Assembly: GCA_964488495.1 (NCBI GenBank)
Contig: CAZAUQ010000002.1
Coordinates: forward strand, 14,486-78,485
Length of the DNA: 64,000 nucleotides
Direction of reading: 5' to 3'
Source of the DNA: an uncultured Bacteroidales bacterium
Lineage (GTDB): Bacteria > Bacteroidota > Bacteroidia > Bacteroidales > UBA1402
Part shown: in pieces, positions 28,224 to 35,845 of the stretch
Numbering within the stretch: position 1 is the stretch's first letter
Layout of the letters: each line of letters begins with the position of its first letter
The notes under the pieces: model-generated
Databases searched by the model: none
Told to the model about the DNA's origin: nothing
The model's input: only the letters and a program-made list of their open reading frames with translations
Position numbers and translations under genes: made by a program

Positions 28224-28982
28224 ATGAAAAGCATTAAAGGTATACTGGATAAAGTACTGTTTTTTGGTTTGTCTGCTCTTATGCTGGCAGCCTGCAGACA
28301 AGAAGAAGGCAAGATTCTTTCGCAAAATAAGATGGCGGCAGTGCTGACGGATGTTTATCTCACCGAAGCCATGCTGCAGAATATAGATAAAAAGAAAAAG
28401 ACAGACTGGTCCAGGGGGCTGAAAGATGTTTTTTTTCAGGATCTGGCTTATAGAAGAATATTAGAAAAACACCATATCTCCGAAGAAGATTTTTATAATT
28501 CGGTGGCTCATTACAGCCAGCAATACAAGGTATATGCCAAAATATATGCTCAGGTGGAACTCAATTTGCAGGCTATCCAGGCAGAAGTAAACGAACGAGA
28601 CAAGTTAGAGGCAAAATTACGGGAATTGGCCCAGGAACAAGCTGCTTTAATTGATGCGCTCGATACAGCCTCTTATATCAAGTGGTTCGAAATATGGGCG
28701 GCAGACTCAGTTCGAATTTCACCGGATACGCTGGTGTTTCATGCAGACTCTATGATTTTGTCTGACACCTCGGTGCTGCAAACAGATAACTTATCTTTAT
28801 ACCCCCTGAACTGTTTCAATTTATATAATACTTCTTTTTGGCCACAATCCTGTGTCCGGGATAGTAGCGAGTGGACAGTGGTTGATTTTGAGCCTGAAAT
28901 TAAATCGGAAAAAGCACTCCCGGGCTACAAAAACGCTAATAGATTGGATTTGAAAAAAACGATTAAGGAAGGCGAGAATTAG
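28224..28982 (+). CDS. hypothetical lipoprotein (DUF4296-like, the usual neighbour of lspA in Bacteroidota)
   Basis: I use ATG 28224 (MKSIKGILDKVLFFGLSALMLAAC), which gives the lipobox LAAC. The block MAAVLTDVYLTEAML resembles DUF4296. The 3' end overlaps the convergent TrmH-family gene by 20 nt. Confidence 0.5.
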   Translation: MKSIKGILDKVLFFGLSALMLAACRQEEGKILSQNKMAAVLTDVYLTEAMLQNIDKKKKTDWSRGLKDVFFQDLAYRRILEKHHISEEDFYNSVAHYSQQYKVYAKIYAQVELNLQAIQAEVNERDKLEAKLRELAQEQAALIDALDTASYIKWFEIWAADSVRISPDTLVFHADSMILSDTSVLQTDNLSLYPLNCFNLYNTSFWPQSCVRDSSEWTVVDFEPEIKSEKALPGYKNANRLDLKKTIKEGEN

Positions 28983-29730
28983 TTTGTGGTTTTCTGAAAG
29001 CAGCACAAATGATTCCTGTTGCAATGGAGACATTGAGCGATTCTACCCTTTTGCTTCCGGACGGATATTCAGGTATATACAGCTTTTCGTTTACTATCGG
29101 TTTAAGTTTTTCCGAAATCCCATTGCCTTCGTTCCCCATCAGTATCACGGCTGCTTGTGGCAGATTTGGTAACTCATATAGATTTTTCCCTTCGAGAAAT
29201 GTTCCGAAAACCGGAATGTTCAATGTCGGAAGGAAATCTTCGAGTTTAAGATAATGAACAGCAACCCTGGCTATAGATCCCATGCTGGCCTGTACGGTCT
29301 TGGGATTATAGGCATCGGCGCAGCCGATGGAACAAAGCAGAGTATTGATGCCAAACCAGTCGGCAGTGCGAATGATGGTGCCCAGATTGCCGGGATCCTG
29401 AATATTATCAAGAGCCAGCGATAAATTATTCTTTAAATAATTCAAATCCGTTTTTTTGTCAGGTATTTCAAAGACAGCCAGCACTTCCTGGGGATGTTGT
29501 TGATTGCTGGCTTTGCTAAGTTCCTGTTGGGAGGCTTCTGCTATTTCGGCAGCGTGAATGTCCGAATGAGTATGCAGCCATTCTGCTGTTGCAGTCAGAA
29601 ACCGACAGGGCATAAGGGGCAGAAGCTCTGTAACTAATTTATGGCCTTCGGCTACAAATAAATGGAGTTCGGTCCTGTTTTTTTTAAGATCCAGCGAATG
29701 TATCCACTTGATTTTGGCTTTACTTAGCAT
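28963..29730 (-). CDS. SpoU/TrmH-family RNA 2'-O-methyltransferase
   Basis: The 255-aa product has the three SpoU motifs: IQDPGNLGTIIRTADWFG, LMGNEGNGIS and ESLNVSIATGIICAAF. Confidence 0.82.
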   Translation of the reverse strand: MLSKAKIKWIHSLDLKKNRTELHLFVAEGHKLVTELLPLMPCRFLTATAEWLHTHSDIHAAEIAEASQQELSKASNQQHPQEVLAVFEIPDKKTDLNYLKNNLSLALDNIQDPGNLGTIIRTADWFGINTLLCSIGCADAYNPKTVQASMGSIARVAVHYLKLEDFLPTLNIPVFGTFLEGKNLYELPNLPQAAVILMGNEGNGISEKLKPIVNEKLYIPEYPSGSKRVESLNVSIATGIICAAFRKPQTNSRLP

Positions 29731-29748
29731 AAGCGAATTTTAGAAAAA

Positions 29749-29756
29749 CAAAACTA
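29749..29756 (-). promoter_or_regulatory. -7 box (TAGTTTTG) for the TrmH-family gene
   Basis: Plus-strand caaaacta lies 18 nt upstream of the ATG at 29730. Confidence 0.5.
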
Positions 29757-29819
29757 CAAAAGAAATTCAGCCCGCAGAAATTTATCCATTTGAATTTGTG
29801 AACATTGCCAGGAATGATG

Positions 29820-29827
29820 TACATTTG
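29820..29827 (+). promoter_or_regulatory. -7 box (TACATTTG) for the TamL-like gene
   Basis: This perfect match lies 20 nt upstream of ATG 29848. Confidence 0.55.
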
Positions 29828-29847
29828 CCGCTATAAGAAAATCCGGA

Positions 29848-32184
29848 ATGCGAATAAAAAGTCTGTTTTATGTGTTGATTTCCCTGCTGTTTGTTTCCTG
29901 CAATACACTGAAATATGTGCCGGAAGACAAACAATTGCTTACCGGAACAAGCATAGAGCTTAAAGACGAAGAAGTTGCGAAAAAAGAGTTAAAGAATTAC
30001 CTGCGCCAACAACCAAACTCGCGTTTTTGGGGCTTGTTCAGAATTAATCTGGGACTTTATAACATATCCGGCCAAGACACCAGCAAATGGATAAACCGCA
30101 GCCTGAGAAAAATTGGTGAAGCTCCGGTCATTTACGAAGAATTGCTCACTCAGCGCTCTGCCATGGCCATGCAGCGCTATTTGTTCAGCAAGGGTTATTT
30201 TGATTCAGAAGTGGATACACGGGTTGTGAGCAAAGGGCGAAAAATTAATACTGTTTACAGCGTTAACACCAATCAGGCCTACCGAATCAACAGTTATACT
30301 GCAGAAATTGATCTTCAGGATCCTTTTCAAATACTTATTTACGATGCCTTGTCTTCGTCCCCGGTAAAAATAGGAGACAAATTCGACACCAACTTGCTTA
30401 ACGAAGAACGTTCCCGACTGGTTTCCTGGGCCCGAAACTATGGCTATTATGCTGTCAATAAGGACCATTTCAGTTTTGAAGCAGACAGTTCTCTCAATAA
30501 GAATCTGGTTGATCTCCGGCTGATAATCCGGCCATATTTAAAACGCAGTCAGGAGGGCAGTTCTCAATACGGACCGCATCAACAATACCGTATTCGTCGT
30601 GTATATTTTATGTTGGATGTGCCCAGTTCGGTTTATCTGCAAAACGTAGGACTTCAGGACGTATCGAATCCTTTTATGGCACTATCGGATTACGATTCCA
30701 TACCTTACGAAAATTATGCCGTTGTTTATCGGGACAAACCTTTTATTAAACCAAAAGTTTTGGTGGATAATTGTATGATTGCTCCCGGTGATTTTTATGA
30801 TGCCAGGGCTGTAAACAGGACCTACGCCCGCCTCAACTCCATGCAGAATATGAAATATGTCAATATTCGGTTTGAGGAAATTGCTACTGAAGATTCTATA
30901 TCCGGAAATGAAGCTCAACTGGATTGTTATTTGGTGTTGACACCCGGTAAAAACAATATAATTTCCATGGATGTGGAGGGGACCAACACAGCGGGCGATC
31001 TGGGTGTTGCGGGAACAATAACTTATTCGCATCTTAATTTGCTTCGGGGTGGAGAAACATTCAGCACCAGTTTACGCGGAGCCTATGAGGCTTTATCAAG
31101 TTCATTCCTGAACGACTATGCCGAATTTGGCGGCGAAGTCGGTTTGCAGTTTCCGGACTTTAAAATTCCTTTTTTGTCCAGGGATTTCAAAAAGGGAGTG
31201 GATGCCAATACAAATTTCAAAATAAGTTACGATAACCTTTCCCGTCCGGAATTTTTGAGAACCATGGCTGCCGGCACTGTGGAGTATACCTGGAGAAAGC
31301 AACGTTTGCGTCAGAATTTGAATTTGCTCGATTTGGCCTATGTATACATGCCACGTGTAGACTCCGCTTTCAAAGCGACCTATCTCACCGATAATTCATA
31401 TCTAAAATACAGTTACGAAGATCACTTTATATTGCGCACCCAATATGGACTTCTTTATTCCAGCGTTCCTTTTGGTGTGACCAACCAGACTTTTTTTACC
31501 ATACGAGCCAATGTCGAATCGGCAGGTAATTTGTTAAGTCTGGCCTATTCCGTACTGGGGGCCGAAAAAGATCAAAATCAGGCATATACCATTGGGAATA
31601 TCCCTTTTTCTCAATATCTGAAAGGAGAATTTGAATTTACGAGAAGCGTAGTTTTGAATCCTCGTAACCGTTTTGCCTATCGTGTGGGTATGGGGGTGGC
31701 TTATCCCTATGGAAATTCAAAGATCTTGCCGTTTGAAAAACGCTATTTTTCAGGAGGAGCCAACTCAGTACGTGGCTGGTCTGTAAGAACGCTGGGGCCG
31801 GGTTCCTACAAAAGCAGCCTGAATACTATAGATTTCATGAATCAGTCCGGAGATCTTAAGCTGGACCTTAATGCGGAATTGCGCAGCAAGTTGTTTTGGG
31901 TGCTCGAGGGTGGTTTGTTTGTAGATGTTGGTAATATTTGGACCTTACGCAATTACGACAATCAGCCGGGTGGCCAGTTCCATTTCGATGAGTTTTATAA
32001 ACAATTGGCTTGCAGTGCAGGTCTGGGTTTACGATTTGATTTTGATTTCTTTTTGGTACGTGTAGATGCGGGTATGAAAGTGTTTGATCCTTCGGGTCTT
32101 AGTGTTGATGATCGATGGAGGATAAAACATATCGATCAATGGAACGACTTTGCCCTACACCTGGCCATAGGTTATCCTTTTTAA
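29848..32184 (+). CDS. Omp85-superfamily outer-membrane protein, TamA/BamA-like with a lipoprotein signal (TamL-type)
   Basis: The 778-aa product begins MRIKSLFYVLISLLFVSCN, with the lipobox LFVSC. The C-terminal beta-barrel region has Omp85-type features (RYFSGGANSVRGW, terminal IGYPF). Confidence 0.75.
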   Translation: MRIKSLFYVLISLLFVSCNTLKYVPEDKQLLTGTSIELKDEEVAKKELKNYLRQQPNSRFWGLFRINLGLYNISGQDTSKWINRSLRKIGEAPVIYEELLTQRSAMAMQRYLFSKGYFDSEVDTRVVSKGRKINTVYSVNTNQAYRINSYTAEIDLQDPFQILIYDALSSSPVKIGDKFDTNLLNEERSRLVSWARNYGYYAVNKDHFSFEADSSLNKNLVDLRLIIRPYLKRSQEGSSQYGPHQQYRIRRVYFMLDVPSSVYLQNVGLQDVSNPFMALSDYDSIPYENYAVVYRDKPFIKPKVLVDNCMIAPGDFYDARAVNRTYARLNSMQNMKYVNIRFEEIATEDSISGNEAQLDCYLVLTPGKNNIISMDVEGTNTAGDLGVAGTITYSHLNLLRGGETFSTSLRGAYEALSSSFLNDYAEFGGEVGLQFPDFKIPFLSRDFKKGVDANTNFKISYDNLSRPEFLRTMAAGTVEYTWRKQRLRQNLNLLDLAYVYMPRVDSAFKATYLTDNSYLKYSYEDHFILRTQYGLLYSSVPFGVTNQTFFTIRANVESAGNLLSLAYSVLGAEKDQNQAYTIGNIPFSQYLKGEFEFTRSVVLNPRNRFAYRVGMGVAYPYGNSKILPFEKRYFSGGANSVRGWSVRTLGPGSYKSSLNTIDFMNQSGDLKLDLNAELRSKLFWVLEGGLFVDVGNIWTLRNYDNQPGGQFHFDEFYKQLACSAGLGLRFDFDFFLVRVDAGMKVFDPSGLSVDDRWRIKHIDQWNDFALHLAIGYPF

Positions 32185-32196
32185 TCAGTTGTGCAT

Positions 32197-32232
32197 AAAA
32201 AAAACTGTGCTCTTGTGGAGACACAGTTTTTT
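32197..32232. terminator. bidirectional intrinsic terminator between the TamL-like gene and cspA
   Basis: An A8 run (32197..32204) precedes the stem ctgtg-ctc / gag-a-cacag (32205..32226, one bulge, 5-nt loop), which is followed by a T6 run (32227..32232). This gives a U-tract on both strands. Confidence 0.7.
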
Positions 32233-32262
32233 CAATCGTACTAAATGTTGTATGTTAAGATG

Positions 32263-32454
32263 TTACACCAATTTAACATTTACTGCATTTAATCCTTTTC
32301 TGCCTTCTTCCAGTTCGAAAGTGACTTCGTCATTTTCTTTGATGCGGTCGATAAGACCATTGGCATGTACGAAATACTCTTTTGAAGTTTCCGTTTCTTT
32401 GATAAAACCGAAGCCCTTGGCCTCGTTAAAAAATTTTACTTTTCCGTTGTACAT
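32263..32454 (-). CDS. cold-shock domain protein (CspA family)
   Basis: The 63-aa product begins MYNGKVKFFNEAKGFGFI (RNP1), followed by FVHANG (RNP2). Confidence 0.95.
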   Translation of the reverse strand: MYNGKVKFFNEAKGFGFIKETETSKEYFVHANGLIDRIKENDEVTFELEEGRKGLNAVNVKLV

Positions 32455-32476
32455 ATTGTTTAAAAATTTTGACGGC

Positions 32477-32484
32477 GAAAGATA
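32477..32484 (-). promoter_or_regulatory. near-consensus -7 box (TATCTTTC) for the csp gene
   Basis: Plus-strand gaaagata lies 22 nt upstream of the ATG at 32454. It has one mismatch to TAnnTTTG, in the last position. Confidence 0.35.
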
Positions 32485-32600
32485 AGAACTAAAATTTAAT
32501 ATTTTTCAAAAAATGCAATTTTTTTGTTTATTTTTCTGCATTTCTAGTGTTTTTATAAGAAAAACGGCTGATTTTCGTACAAATACATTGTTTTGAAACT

Positions 32601-32623
32601 AAAAAACTGAATGAAAAATTCAG
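32601..32623 (-). terminator. weak AT-rich intrinsic terminator downstream of tRNA-Arg
   Basis: The minus strand reads CTGAAT-TTTTC-ATTCAG (6-bp stem, 32607..32623) followed by TTTTTT (32601..32606). Confidence 0.4.
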
Positions 32624-32746
32624 GTTCAGAAAACAAGATAAATACGAATAAGGTGCTTTTGTAAAATAAAGAGAGTGATTCGTAAGAGATATTAAGCAGG
32701 CTTTGCTTATACTACCGAAGTCTTGGCTTGCAGAAAACAGGAAAAG

Positions 32747-32820
32747 TGAACCGGTTGGGATTCGAACCCAAGACCTACAGCTTAGAAGGCTGTTGCTCTA
32801 TCCAGCTGAGCTACCGGTCC
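32747..32820 (-). tRNA. tRNA-Arg (anticodon TCT)
   Basis: I folded the 74-nt cloverleaf by hand: GGACCGG TA GCTC AGCTGGATA GAGC A ACAGC CTTCTAA GCTGT AGGTC TTGGG TTCGAAT CCCAA CCGGTTC A. The 3' CCA is not encoded. Confidence 0.9.
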
Positions 32821-32834
32821 CTTTTTTGCGCCGG

Positions 32835-32842
32835 CAAAGTTA
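32835..32842 (-). promoter_or_regulatory. -7 box (TAACTTTG) for tRNA-Arg
   Basis: Plus-strand caaagtta lies 14 nt upstream of the tRNA 5' end. Confidence 0.55.
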
Positions 32843-32901
32843 AGCTAAAACATACTAATTTGCAAGGCTTATTCTGCTATAATCATTAAGTTTTGTTCTT
32901 C

Positions 32902-33822
32902 TTAGCCCTTGCTGCTCAATAGATCTTCAAAAATGTCCTGTACAGATTCTTCTTTGGATATACTACCGGCACATTGTCCTATTTCCAGGGCTCCTTCTTT
33001 CAAATCTCCTTCGAATATTCCTTTTTTGGCTCGTCCTTTGCCTAATAAATCCCTGAGTGCATCTATGTCGGCACCATTTTCTTCAGCCTGAGCCAGTCTC
33101 AGGGCAAAGTCGTTTATAGCCAGACGGGTGGGTGATAGTTTCTTCAACATCAATTTGGTCATACCTTCTTGCAAGCCACGGCAATAATTTTTAAAGTCGG
33201 GATGAGCAGAACTTTCCTTACATAAAGCAAAACGGGTTCCAATTTGCACTCCATCTGCGCCCAAAGCCAATGCCCCATGGTAGCTTCTTCTCGAAGATAT
33301 CCCTCCGGCAGCAATCAAAGGTAAAGAACAGACCTCTCTTACCCGGGGAATCAGGCATAAAGTACTGGTTTCTTCACGGCCGTTATGCCCTCCGGCTTCG
33401 AAACCTTCCGCTACTACGGCATCAACTCCGGCTTCCTGACATTTAATACTGAATCGGGAGCTTGAAACTACGTGAGTAACTAATATATCGTGTTGATGCA
33501 ACCATTCGGTCCATTGTTTGGGATTACCCGCAGAGGTAAAAACAAGCCGGACTTTTTCATCACGTATTATATGCATGATCTCTTCTAACTGCGGATACAT
33601 CAGGGGGATATTCACTCCAAAAGGGTGATCAGTAGCATTCCGGCATTTTTGAATATGTTCTCTCAGAGTTTCAGGATGCATGGAGCCCGCTCCAATCAGG
33701 CCGAGGCCACCCTGATTGCTGACTGCCGAGGCTAGTCTCCATCCGCTGCACCAGGCCATACCGCCTTGTATTACAGGATGTTGTATGCCGTACAAACGAC
33801 AAATACTATTTGTAGTGTTCAT
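32902..33822 (-). CDS. NAD(P)H-dependent flavin oxidoreductase of the nitronate monooxygenase / FabK (enoyl-ACP reductase II) family
   Basis: The 306-aa product has the N-terminal block GIQHPVIQGGMAWCSG...GGLGLIGAG and the later blocks VVAEGFEAGGH and IAAGGI, which are typical of NMO/FabK TIM-barrel flavoenzymes. Confidence 0.75.
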   Translation of the reverse strand: MNTTNSICRLYGIQHPVIQGGMAWCSGWRLASAVSNQGGLGLIGAGSMHPETLREHIQKCRNATDHPFGVNIPLMYPQLEEIMHIIRDEKVRLVFTSAGNPKQWTEWLHQHDILVTHVVSSSRFSIKCQEAGVDAVVAEGFEAGGHNGREETSTLCLIPRVREVCSLPLIAAGGISSRRSYHGALALGADGVQIGTRFALCKESSAHPDFKNYCRGLQEGMTKLMLKKLSPTRLAINDFALRLAQAEENGADIDALRDLLGKGRAKKGIFEGDLKEGALEIGQCAGSISKEESVQDIFEDLLSSKG

Positions 33823-33826
33823 GCAA

Positions 33827-33834
33827 CAAAGATA
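33827..33834 (-). promoter_or_regulatory. -7 box (TATCTTTG) only 4 nt upstream of the NMO/FabK-like ATG
   Basis: Plus-strand caaagata at 33827..33834 precedes the start codon at 33822..33820. This spacing implies a leaderless or near-leaderless mRNA if the box is functional. Confidence 0.35.
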
Positions 33835-33835
33835 A

Positions 33836-33877
33836 AAAGAATGAGGATGAATCTAGCTTCAGACATCCTCATTCTTT
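33836..33877 (-). terminator. intrinsic terminator of the beta-helix lipoprotein gene
   Basis: A perfect 14-bp stem, aaagaatgaggatg (33836..33849) / catcctcattcttt (33864..33877), encloses a 14-nt loop. On the minus strand it is followed by TTTTTATCTTTG. Confidence 0.75.
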
Positions 33878-33961
33878 GTTTTAAGCTTAAAGTCTTTGCT
33901 TATCTGCGAAACCAGATATTCTATTTCCAATGATTTCGCAAGGCCATACTTCCGAAGTTAT

Positions 33962-35677
33962 TTATATTTCGTAATACACATCAATTACATTCCCTTCGTA
34001 CGTATTGTTTTGTATAACTGGAGTGTAGGCAGGATCGTTCCAACGAATAAAAATTCCGTAATTATTTGAATGTCTTATGGTTGAATTTGTTATGCTGACA
34101 TTGGATGTTCCAATGCCAATGTTGAAAAGATCCTGATGACCCGCATATTCAACTACGCAATAATCGAGCAGGGTTCCACCCTGGGTGCCCTCATAAAATT
34201 CAATCCCTCCCCAGTCGCCTGGCGAATCTGTAATGGCATTGGAGGTGAAAACGATCATAGAATCGGCTTTACCGGCAGCTGACAAAGCCCCGTTGTCAGA
34301 TACATGAAGTTTTACACCACTTTGAAAAGCCAGCGTAGTACCCGGATCAATACTTAGTTTGGCTGTACCCGATTCCGTGGTTATTGTAATGCTGCCACCG
34401 ATAATATAGGGTACGCTTTGTTTAATCCAACGAACATTTCCGGTAAGATAAGAGCCTTCAATATAAACTCCTTTACCGGCTGCTGCAGTGAGGACATTAT
34501 TAAAACCTATGCCGTGAGCATTCTCGGCCCAAATAACAATCGGATCTTTAGCGCAATCGCTTATGGTGTTGTTTTTGAAAGAGGTAAAAAATCCTTCCTG
34601 GTAACAAAATATACCATTGGTATTACTGTGTCGTAAGGTTGTATTTTCCATGGCAAATCCGCTGCTGTTCTGAATAGCACCATCGTAATATGTAGGATTG
34701 CCGGCGTATTCTATCACTGCATGTTTGATAATGGATTTAGTGGACGAATTTGAAGAATAAAACCCTATTCCCAACCAGTCGCCTGCCTGAGGAGATTGAG
34801 CAGAGGAACCAAATACAATAGGCAGCTGTTCAGTACCCTCTGCGATTAATGCAGCATACTCCCCTTCACCAACCTTAAGCAGAGCATTGCTTTCGAACAG
34901 CAAGCTTACGCCGGGCTCTATGCTGAGTTCAGCACCCAGGACGTCCAGAGTTCCCTCAACAATGTAAGGAACACTGAGTTTTGTAAAACTGCCAGTTGTA
35001 GAAACAGATCCGGATTTGATAAGCAGATTCTTACCCAGGTTTTCGACAAAGTCGTTGTTGTTGCTCAAATCGAGCATCTGGTTAGGTTCTCCTTTCAACA
35101 GATAACTGCCGCAATCGGTCAGTTGATTGTGTTCAAAATTAGTAAAACCACCTCCGTTTTTCAGGTCAATACCATCAGCCATACAATACCTGACAGTACA
35201 GGAATCCATGGAAATATTGGTATTGTCTACGGTAATAGCCGGTTGGTTGTTTTTGCCCGCTCCCTGGATGGTGCAATTTTTAAGCACAGTAGTATTGGAC
35301 AAATTGTTTGCTCCAAAGCTAATACCATACCAACCACCTTCGTCGTTGTTGACAGCTCCCGTAAACAAGATGGGCTTTTCGGCTGTACCCTCGGCTACCA
35401 GTGCGGCATTGGTGGAAGAGCCTATCATCAGGCTGCCGTTTTCCGTAAATTTAATTGTAGAGCCCTCTTCGATGGTCAGGATGGAGTTAATAATCAGGGG
35501 GCAGTCAATGGTTTTTACAGAATTCGCTTCCCAAGTGGTCGGAGTGCTTATTAGGCTGTTTTCGGCACCAATCAGATTAGGATCAATTTCGGGTATCTGG
35601 TCGCAGGCGGACGAAAACAAAAAAACAGTTGCCAGTATACTGGCAAACAGGTACCATTTTGAATAAAGTTTGTTCAT
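33962..35677 (-). CDS. secreted lipoprotein with three tandem right-handed parallel beta-helix-type modules
   Basis: The start MNKLYSKWYLFASILATVFLFSSAC (lipobox) at 35677 is supported by the promoter box at 35704. Three modules of about 175 aa each carry VPY[IV]-x-G...L-x-I-x-PG-x3-F...G-x4-[IP]I-x-F[TG]...G[DG]W-x-GI-x-F, followed by N/T/C-rich beta-helix turns. Confidence 0.6.
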   Translation of the reverse strand: MNKLYSKWYLFASILATVFLFSSACDQIPEIDPNLIGAENSLISTPTTWEANSVKTIDCPLIINSILTIEEGSTIKFTENGSLMIGSSTNAALVAEGTAEKPILFTGAVNNDEGGWYGISFGANNLSNTTVLKNCTIQGAGKNNQPAITVDNTNISMDSCTVRYCMADGIDLKNGGGFTNFEHNQLTDCGSYLLKGEPNQMLDLSNNNDFVENLGKNLLIKSGSVSTTGSFTKLSVPYIVEGTLDVLGAELSIEPGVSLLFESNALLKVGEGEYAALIAEGTEQLPIVFGSSAQSPQAGDWLGIGFYSSNSSTKSIIKHAVIEYAGNPTYYDGAIQNSSGFAMENTTLRHSNTNGIFCYQEGFFTSFKNNTISDCAKDPIVIWAENAHGIGFNNVLTAAAGKGVYIEGSYLTGNVRWIKQSVPYIIGGSITITTESGTAKLSIDPGTTLAFQSGVKLHVSDNGALSAAGKADSMIVFTSNAITDSPGDWGGIEFYEGTQGGTLLDYCVVEYAGHQDLFNIGIGTSNVSITNSTIRHSNNYGIFIRWNDPAYTPVIQNNTYEGNVIDVYYEI

Positions 35678-35703
35678 AATTTTTTGATAACTATAATTTT
35701 GTT

Positions 35704-35711
35704 CAAAAGTA
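35704..35711 (-). promoter_or_regulatory. -7 box (TACTTTTG) for the beta-helix lipoprotein gene
   Basis: Plus-strand caaaagta lies 26 nt upstream of the ATG at 35677. The track start at 35758 is upstream of the box and is rejected. Confidence 0.55.
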
Positions 35712-35845
35712 AATAGCAGCCAATCAATGATGTACCTCCCTTTGGGTAGGAAAATCAATTTGGCCCCCTAAAATAAGAAGAAATGTTTAAATAAAAAATA
35801 ATCATCTAAAATAAAGTGAAAAGGCCGTACTTTTTTGTAAAGCTG

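Noticed and set aside
32189-32485. A 98-aa ORF lies on the plus strand.
   Set aside because: It is exactly antisense to the unmistakable CspA-family gene and starts inside the bidirectional terminator.
32455-32746. I considered reading the 290-bp AT-rich spacer as a long cold-shock-type 5' UTR or thermosensor upstream of the csp gene.
   Set aside because: A near-consensus -7 box (TATCTTTC, 32477..32484) sits only 22 nt from the ATG, and a weak terminator for tRNA-Arg lies at 32601..32623. The spacer is therefore more simply a terminator plus promoter region. I did not see a conserved cold-box-like structure.
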